A DNA stretch of 64,000 nt from Candidatus Thorarchaeota archaeon (GTDB taxonomy: Archaea; Asgardarchaeota; Thorarchaeia; Thorarchaeales; Thorarchaeaceae): assembly GCA_029858305.1 (NCBI GenBank), contig JAOUFI010000003.1, positions 15,788-79,787 on the forward strand. The letters are read 5' to 3'. Positions 57,434 through 64,000 of the stretch are shown one piece after another. The translations under genes and the position numbers were made by a program. The notes under the pieces are model-generated. The model ran no database searches and was not told where the DNA came from. It saw only the letters and a program-made list of their open reading frames with translations. Every line of letters starts with the position of its first letter. Within the stretch, counting starts at the first letter, position 1.

Positions 57434-58692
57434 TCGGGAAACGGAATTGAAGAAAAATACTGAGCCTTGAAGGCAGGATTATCACTCATCTCCACATAGT
57501 TGAGTTGTCTGATAAGCTTCTCAATTTTACTCCTATTATTAGGGATCATCAACAAATCTGCCCCTAGGCTTGCTCCTTTGCTATATTGCATAATTTTTGC
57601 CCTGTCAAATCTAGGAAACATGCCAATTCTGTAGGCGTCTTCAATCTGTAAACCAGAGCCAAAAACACCCGTCAAATAGAGAGATTGCACATCCATAGTA
57701 TCCAATTCTGATTCATGAAGAAGAACATCCAATACTCCTCGAATTGCGGCTTTTGATTGTTGAAGCATTCGAACATCGGGCTGTGATATCACAATTGGTT
57801 GACCTGTTGCGGATATCTTGTTGTCAGCAAGGATATAGTAAGCAATGTCGCCATCAAGATTTAGCCATCTTGAATTTAATTCTCGGTTGAACGAACCTCT
57901 TGAGAGTATAATCTTCTTTTCTAGCATTTCTGACAAAGCAGATATTGCTCCAGTACCACAAATGCCACTCGGTTTCCCTCCACACATGACCTCAATCGTA
58001 GGCTTGAATGTTCGGCGATCAATCTCTAAATCGCTGATAGCGCCACAATGCCCGGGCATTCCACATTCCATTGACATACCCTCAAAAGCTGGACCTGATG
58101 CTGCTGAGGCAATCAAGCTCCCCATTGAAGATTTGACAGCGATTTCTGTGTTCGTACCAACATCAATTGCAATATGATTGGTTCTTGATTCGAAAAATCC
58201 ACTAGCAAGCAACATAGCAGATGCATCAGCCCCAACAAAGGATTCGACAAGGGGAGGAGAATAGCATTCTGCTTCATCTAAGATAGAAATCCCAACATTT
58301 GCTGCACATATTCGTATGGGATTTTTATCGTTTGCAATAAAGGGTGCCTTTGAGAGGGAGTTGACTGCAAGGTCGAAGAATAAATGGTGCATTACCGTGT
58401 TTCCTACAACGGTGACTTGAGTCACTAAGGATGGTTTGAGTTGTTGGTATTTGAGAATTGATGTAATGCCATCTGCTACAGATGCTCTTATGAGATTAGT
58501 GAGTTGTTTTGCATTTTCCTTTTTTCTTATCGCATGACTGATTCTAGAGATGATATCAGCTCCAAATTGCATCTGAGGATTTTGTACAATTTGTTCAGAA
58601 ACTACATGCAGGTCACTTAGTCTTACAAGATGAAGGGTAACATGAGTAGTGCCTATATCTACAGAAATTCCATATGTATTAGAAGGTGGCAA
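57430..58692 (-). CDS. ASKHA ATPase, RACo/RamA-like corrinoid reactivation family (DUF4445), without ferredoxin domain
   Basis: VDIGTT, NPQ..FGADIISRI, VGNTVMHH, FVGAD, DVGTNTEI, GPAFEG, GICGTG, QQSKAAI. Confidence 0.87.
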   Translation of the reverse strand: MPPSNTYGISVDIGTTHVTLHLVRLSDLHVVSEQIVQNPQMQFGADIISRISHAIRKKENAKQLTNLIRASVADGITSILKYQQLKPSLVTQVTVVGNTVMHHLFFDLAVNSLSKAPFIANDKNPIRICAANVGISILDEAECYSPPLVESFVGADASAMLLASGFFESRTNHIAIDVGTNTEIAVKSSMGSLIASAASGPAFEGMSMECGMPGHCGAISDLEIDRRTFKPTIEVMCGGKPSGICGTGAISALSEMLEKKIILSRGSFNRELNSRWLNLDGDIAYYILADNKISATGQPIVISQPDVRMLQQSKAAIRGVLDVLLHESELDTMDVQSLYLTGVFGSGLQIEDAYRIGMFPRFDRAKIMQYSKGASLGADLLMIPNNRSKIEKLIRQLNYVEMSDNPAFKAQYFSSIPFPD

Positions 58693-58727
58693 GTATCAAC
58701 ATCTCACAGGGGATGCGGTTCATGGGA

Positions 58728-59177
58728 CTAGCGAACGATCATCACAGGACACGATGCACTCTTAGAAACCTTATCACTGATAGATCCAGTGAATAGACGC
58801 TTTATCCCACTGACTCCTCTTGAGCCAATAATGATGAGACTAATTCCTCTCTCGCTCGCAATGTCGATAATTTGAGCTGCAGGGTCGCCATGAGATATCA
58901 TATCAATGACTTCGCATCCGCAACTGTTAGCCAGCTTTTTCGCGCGTTCAAGTATATCCTCTCCTAGATTCTGAAGGGAGATGAATGGCTGGTCTGAAAC
59001 AGTGTCATGGTATGGTGTTGCAGAAACTACCATGGGTACCACATGAAGTAGAATAACCTCTGCACCCAAAGGAGGTCCCATAGCACAGGCGTATCGTACT
59101 GCTTTCTCAGAATGCGCAGATCCATCCACGGCGACAAGGATGCTCTTTATCGTGATGGGTTCGTTGCTTTCGCTCAT
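58728..59177 (-). CDS. Universal stress protein
   Basis: ILVAVDGS, GDPA..I, IIIGSRG, GSISDKV...CPVMIVR. Confidence 0.93.
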   Translation of the reverse strand: MSESNEPITIKSILVAVDGSAHSEKAVRYACAMGPPLGAEVILLHVVPMVVSATPYHDTVSDQPFISLQNLGEDILERAKKLANSCGCEVIDMISHGDPAAQIIDIASERGISLIIIGSRGVSGIKRLFTGSISDKVSKSASCPVMIVR

Positions 59178-59337
59178 CTAACACCCTCTGTTGTTTGTCA
59201 GATAGTCCTTCAACCTTATCTCTCTTTCTCAAGATGGTCTCTTTTCAAGTACCAAATACACTCGGTTGCTTTGAGTGAAAGACCCAAATTCAATATCGAT
59301 TCTAGATTTCATATTAGACCATCAAGAGGATTGAGAT

Positions 59338-59697
59338 ATGGACCTCTACAAAATCAAAACAGAAGATGACGTGAAACGTGCGACTTTAGAGATACCGGGA
59401 TATACTGAGTTCGATAGCAGAGTCTATGCTGCAACTTTTCGGATTCCCAAAGGTAAGATCAGCACTTATGGTAGGATTGCCAAAATGATTGGCAAACCTA
59501 AAGCGTACAGAGCGGTAGCGAATTCTCTGCATAAGAATCCACTCTTCCCAGTTGTTGCCTGTCATCGCGTCGTAAAGGAAGATGGTAGTTTTGGTGGTGA
59601 CAGGAATAGAGCTCAAGGACGATGTAAGCACTGTCAGGAAGAGGGCGTTCCAATTAATAACGGAAAGGTGAAGATGAGTAAAGATATTGTCTTCTGA
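59338..59697 (+). CDS. ogt: O6-alkylguanine DNA alkyltransferase (MGMT) domain protein
   Basis: IPKGKISTYG.IA, AYRAVA, NP..VVACHRVV (active-site Cys retained). Confidence 0.85.
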   Translation: MDLYKIKTEDDVKRATLEIPGYTEFDSRVYAATFRIPKGKISTYGRIAKMIGKPKAYRAVANSLHKNPLFPVVACHRVVKEDGSFGGDRNRAQGRCKHCQEEGVPINNGKVKMSKDIVF

Positions 59698-59781
59698 TTC
59701 TTTCTTATGGCACGGAGTTTAACATATGCGTCCTCATCATACTAGACACTCGAACACTAATTGATGACAAGAGACATCTCT

Positions 59782-60246
59782 CTAAAGATACTTGGTTTCA
59801 GCTTTATGCAAATACCCGCAAGAGGAGCATCTGTATTTCAACGGTCCCACCCACTCTACTAATTCTGAATCCATTCTTGCACCACATTGACTGCAGAAAG
59901 GCTCTATTTCATAGGATACTGTGGGTTCCCGATATCCTGATTCCTGTATGCTAGAAGAGGGTGTATCATCATATTGAGTTGCTACAACTGGATCTCTTTG
60001 AATCGAACCTATTTTGCGGGGTTTCCTCACCCATCCGATTATAATGAACAAAAGAAACAGGAACCCAAATCCAGCAAAGGCAAATGGAACCCAAATAAAC
60101 AGAGACGGATGTGGTCCTGGACCCCAATCAGGCCAAGAATTAGCGAAGTCAATGAAAGAGAATCCCATAGTAATTGCCATGGTGATCCAAATAATCAAAA
60201 ATCCAACTATCATAATGCGAGCACAATTCGATTCTTTTGACTGCAA
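59782..60246 (-). CDS. Hypothetical 2-TM protein with C-terminal zinc ribbon
   Basis: Two TM helices, CSQCG...CSSCG. Confidence 0.65.
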   Translation of the reverse strand: MQSKESNCARIMIVGFLIIWITMAITMGFSFIDFANSWPDWGPGPHPSLFIWVPFAFAGFGFLFLLFIIIGWVRKPRKIGSIQRDPVVATQYDDTPSSSIQESGYREPTVSYEIEPFCSQCGARMDSELVEWVGPLKYRCSSCGYLHKAETKYL

Positions 60247-60406
60247 TTCTTTGTGGCTCCCAACTCACTAGATCGACCTTACCATTTCCCTAACAGATTC
60301 TCCGTCTGACATCTTATAGATATTTTTACCCCAGTCTGAAAGAGTTAGATGTAGAATAGAAAATGGATTGTTTGGGATACAGTTCATATCTCTTTGACCG
60401 ATTGGA

Positions 60407-61933
60407 TCATTTAAGTGATTCAAAACGTGTGGATCCTCGAATGATCTTTTTCAGAGTCACAATAAGATTGTCCTTGTGGATTCTAACCTGCTCCATTGAG
60501 TCGCGGTCGCGAATAGTGACTGTACCATCTTCCAATGTCGTATAATCGATTGTGATACAGAAGGGTGTACCAATCTCATCCTGACGCCTGTACCTCCGAC
60601 CTATTGAACCTCCCACATCAAATTGTGCGACGAAACCAGCCTCCATGACCGATTCGAATATCTCACGAGAGGGTACAAGTAGTTCATCCTTCCCCATGAG
60701 AGGGAACACGGCAATCTGTATGGGAGCAACCTCGGGAGGGAATTTGAGCCAGTCTGTGTCACGAATCTCACTCTCAGGTTGGAAAGAATTATCAAGTAGG
60801 CAAAATAGTGGCCTCTCGATACCGAAAGCAATCTCAAGCACATTTGGTACTACAGGTTGCTTGTTCACGCTTACACTTAGTTTTTCCTTCGAGAACTCCT
60901 GATGGCGAGTAAGATCGTAATTACCACGGTCGTGAATACCGCAACATTCTACCCAACCAAAACTCTCCGTATGCACTTCTACATCCCATGCATCTTTCGC
61001 ATAATGTGCTCGTTCTGTGGGGAAGTGCTGTCTAAGTCGCAGCTTCTCTTCGGAAAATCCCATGTTCTTGAAGATGGAATATGTGAGGTGGACGCACCAG
61101 GCATATGCAGGGTTCTGAAAGTGACCTTTCCTAATTGCTTCTGACATCTTCATCTTCAGAGGTTTACTGTCACCTTTTTGCTGGGTCTGGTATGGTAGCA
61201 GCGGGAGTACATCGTTCTTGATATCTTCAAACTGTGGCCAGTTCTTCTCATCCTCTTCAAGAATAAAGATCTGGCCTTCGGTTTGCGTGAATTCGCGTAG
61301 ACGGAGCATACCCTGCCTTGGTGAGATTTCATTTCGGTACGCCTTGCCAATCTGAAAAACAGACATTGGAAGTTTGTCTCTAAAGAAAGTCAGAAAACGT
61401 CGAAAGAGCAGATATGTCGTAGTCGCGGTCTCTGGTCGGAGATAGGCTTCCTGATCTAGACCAAGCCGAGTCTTCAGCATGAGGTTGAATGATTCAACCG
61501 CACCCAGTGGACTTTTGCATGAAGGACATGTGATTTTGTGGGTTTTGATAATCTCGGTTAATTCATCAATTGATTTTCCTGAAATTTTGGTGCCCTGTAA
61601 TTGTTCCTCAATAAGATTATCAGCTCGGTAGATCTGTTCGCACTTAGTGCATTGTGTTATTGGATCAATAAATCCATCCAAGTGACCCGATGCCTTCCAG
61701 ACCATTGCTGGAGACACGGTTGGACATTCTACCTCCCAGAAGTTCGCACGAACAAAAGAGGCACGAATTTGATTCTCAAGTCGATTCTTCAGAAGTTTTC
61801 CAAGTGGACCCAGGTCGAAGAATCCAGAGCTGCCACCATATATCTCAGGGCTAGGACCCCAGAAGAATCCACGTTTCTTTGCCAAGCCAGTGATAATCTC
61901 ATTAAAGTCTCGCTCTGAACTCATTGTACTCAA
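60407..61933 (-). CDS. glyS: Glycine--tRNA ligase (alpha2, archaeal/eukaryotic type)
   Basis: KRGFF, EIYGG, ASGH, YLRPETA, QIGKAYRNEISPRQG, ERAHYA, GSIGRRYRRQDEIGTP. Confidence 0.96.
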   Translation of the reverse strand: MSTMSSERDFNEIITGLAKKRGFFWGPSPEIYGGSSGFFDLGPLGKLLKNRLENQIRASFVRANFWEVECPTVSPAMVWKASGHLDGFIDPITQCTKCEQIYRADNLIEEQLQGTKISGKSIDELTEIIKTHKITCPSCKSPLGAVESFNLMLKTRLGLDQEAYLRPETATTTYLLFRRFLTFFRDKLPMSVFQIGKAYRNEISPRQGMLRLREFTQTEGQIFILEEDEKNWPQFEDIKNDVLPLLPYQTQQKGDSKPLKMKMSEAIRKGHFQNPAYAWCVHLTYSIFKNMGFSEEKLRLRQHFPTERAHYAKDAWDVEVHTESFGWVECCGIHDRGNYDLTRHQEFSKEKLSVSVNKQPVVPNVLEIAFGIERPLFCLLDNSFQPESEIRDTDWLKFPPEVAPIQIAVFPLMGKDELLVPSREIFESVMEAGFVAQFDVGGSIGRRYRRQDEIGTPFCITIDYTTLEDGTVTIRDRDSMEQVRIHKDNLIVTLKKIIRGSTRFESLK

Positions 61934-62051
61934 CCATCCTGCATGGTCAGTGGTATGTGAAATAAACCCTATGGTAGTAGTCTCGTTTATTCGAGGGACA
62001 TTCTTTTATGGAAATGCCGATGTTGAGTATTAATACTATCGAGGTCTAAAG

Positions 62052-63314
62052 ATGGTCGAAGATTCGAAGCTCTCAGGATTTTTCAAACTATCACGAGATG
62101 AACGTGTGAAGAAGCTCATGGAAGTCACTGGGCTAGGAGAAGAGGATCTCGAACCACTTATCAATCCGGGCAAGGTAGACCTAGATATTCTCGACCATAT
62201 GATTGAGAATGTTGTTGGTGCGATGACTCTTCCTCTGGGCATTGCAACCAACTTCAAGGTCAATGGGAAAGACTACTTGATTCCTATGGCGCTTGAGGAA
62301 CCATCAGTTGTAGCTGCAGCAAGCAATGCTGCAAGAATGGCAAGAGAACTAGGAGGATTCACTGCGACTGACACAGGACCTATTATGATTGCGCAGATAC
62401 AGGTTGTTGAAGTTCCCACTCCACATGCCGCAAAGAATAGGATCATGGAAAACAAGGAAGAATTATTGAAATTCGCGAATGAGCAAGATCCAATCCTCGT
62501 CCGTTTTGGAGGAGGTGCAAGAGACCTCAGGGTTCGTATAATTGAATCCTCTGTAGGTGAGATGCTCGTCACCGAACTCATTGTCGATACTCGGGATGCC
62601 ATGGGCGCGAATGCGGTCAACACGATGGCTGAAGCTTTAGCTCCTCGAATCGAGAAACTGACTGGTGGAAGAGTGATTCTGAGAATCCTCTCTAATCTCG
62701 CTGAGTTCAGACTTGTGCGTGTAAGAGCGACCTTCGATAAGGAGTTGCTAGGTGGCGAAGAGGTCGTAAGAGATATCATTACAGCCTGGGCTTTTGCTGA
62801 GGCGGACCCCTATCGATGTGCTACGCATAACAAGGGTATCATGAACGGGATTGATGCGGTTGTTATTGCCACAGGCAATGATTTCAGAGCAATCGAGGCA
62901 GGAGCCCATAGCTATGCATCTGTTGGTGGATACAGTTCACTCACAAAATATGAGAGGGATATAGATGGTAACTTGGTTGGCTCAATTGAAATTCCCATGG
63001 CAGTCGGACTTGTGGGTGGTGCGACAAAAGTCCATCCTGTTGCCCGAGCATGTGTGAAGATACTCGGAGTAAAAACAGCACTTGAATTAGGTCACATTAT
63101 TGCCAGTGTTGGATTAGCACAGAATCTAGCAGCTCTGAGGGCTCTAGCTTCAGAAGGAATTCAGAAGGGGCATATGGCACTCCATGCTCGAAACGTTGCT
63201 GCTACAGCTGGCGCTCGCGGAGATCAAATAGATGTTATCGCAGAACGACTTGTTATGGAGAAGAATGTTAAAGTCGAGAGAGCAAAAGAACTCCTTGACG
63301 AGATAACCAATTAA
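62052..63314 (+). CDS. mvaA: Hydroxymethylglutaryl-CoA reductase, class II
   Basis: MIENVVG, EEPSVVAAAS, DAMGANAVNT, ILSNL, THNKGIMNG, NDFRAIEAG, GIQKGHM.LH. Confidence 0.95.
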   Translation: MVEDSKLSGFFKLSRDERVKKLMEVTGLGEEDLEPLINPGKVDLDILDHMIENVVGAMTLPLGIATNFKVNGKDYLIPMALEEPSVVAAASNAARMARELGGFTATDTGPIMIAQIQVVEVPTPHAAKNRIMENKEELLKFANEQDPILVRFGGGARDLRVRIIESSVGEMLVTELIVDTRDAMGANAVNTMAEALAPRIEKLTGGRVILRILSNLAEFRLVRVRATFDKELLGGEEVVRDIITAWAFAEADPYRCATHNKGIMNGIDAVVIATGNDFRAIEAGAHSYASVGGYSSLTKYERDIDGNLVGSIEIPMAVGLVGGATKVHPVARACVKILGVKTALELGHIIASVGLAQNLAALRALASEGIQKGHMALHARNVAATAGARGDQIDVIAERLVMEKNVKVERAKELLDEITN

Positions 63315-63472
63315 GAAACACTCTCAGATTCCAATTTTCTTTATCAACATTGGACAGTAAATGATGCAATAGTACCTTGCCGTTCGTAGCATGCTTTTGC
63401 ATCAAGAAGTTTTTAGCCTAATAGTTCACTAACAAGAGCGTGAAGTAATCACGTTGGAGCGGTGAGTTGAAG

Positions 63473-64000
63473 ATGGCAATCATTCATGAAGATAGGTTTT
63501 CAGTTACCTGTGCTAATTGCGGTGCAAGGTATACCTATCGCTCGGAGAACATAAACGCGAACGGTCAAGTGCAGTGTCAAAACTGCGGAAAGTGGGTAAC
63601 AGCCGTTGGAGTACCATTAGCAGGAGAGCGACCTCCGGTTGGCGAATTGGAGTCCTATATTCCATGGAATAAAAGAGAACCAAAAGTGGAGAATGAGATT
63701 CCAAGATTGCTTGCTCACGGGTTCATCTATTCAATACTTTCGCTGGCTATTTCTTTCATTTTCATGATGATGGTGGTCATTTTTGCGATTTTCGGCGGAT
63801 TCATAGGAATTATCATTGCACTACTCGTATTGGCAGAAATGATAGGCGGTGTAAATATAGCATTGGCTGATGCCGTGTGGCAAATCAAGTGTAGATCAGG
63901 CCAGGTAAGTCTGCTCGGGCATGGCGGTCTATTGTTTTTATTCCTATTAATTACTGGCATACTGGGATTGCCACTAGCATTCAGTTTGGCGATGATGGGA
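63473..64000 (+). CDS. Hypothetical zinc-ribbon plus multi-TM protein (3' end runs off the window)
   Basis: Manual translation MAIIHEDRFSVTCANCGARYTY...VQCQNCGKW followed by hydrophobic helices. Not in the ORF track because it is truncated. Confidence 0.7.
   Translation, partial: MAIIHEDRFSVTCANCGARYTYRSENINANGQVQCQNCGKWVTAVGVPLAGERPPVGELESYIPWNKREPKVENEIPRLLAHGFIYSILSLAISFIFMMMVVIFAIFGGFIGIIIALLVLAEMIGGVNIALADAVWQIKCRSGQVSLLGHGGLLFLFLLITGILGLPLAFSLAMMG

Noticed and set aside
1-64000. tRNA, rRNA, CRISPR arrays, transposases, integrases
   Set aside because: None recognised by eye. Intergenic gaps are short, with no cloverleaf or regularly spaced repeats. tRNAscan-SE/Infernal would be needed to exclude small RNAs.

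Overview
Gene-dense archaeal chromosomal window. The alpha2-type GlyRS, archaeal PPAT, CxxxY-type CcmE, GAGGTGA-type RBSs, heliorhodopsin, rpe+tal, class II HMG-CoA reductase and MutS/MutL suggest an Asgard lineage, probably Thorarchaeota-like (inference). The first ~22.6 kb is a coherent cytochrome/redox island. The leftward arm holds a membrane-anchored multiheme c-cytochrome with non-canonical heme motifs, a secreted (alpha/alpha)6-like protein, ccmF and a geranylgeranyl-reductase-like gene. The rightward arm holds two paralogous exported mono-heme proteins, each tied to a His-containing 4-TM module, three GlcD-like/HdrD-GlcF-like flavo-FeS pairs whose flavoproteins lack the lactate/glycolate dehydrogenase GEHG motif, a PDS/HpnE-like oxidoreductase, and ccmABCDE (ccmD is missed by the ORF track). 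The rest contains mutS, mutL, a heliorhodopsin, a divergent uvrA coupled to a tandem-duplicated (one half apparently dead) nucleotidyltransferase, several large surface/membrane proteins, and housekeeping genes. I recognised no tRNA, rRNA, CRISPR array or transposase. All calls come from motif recognition by eye; no database searches were run.
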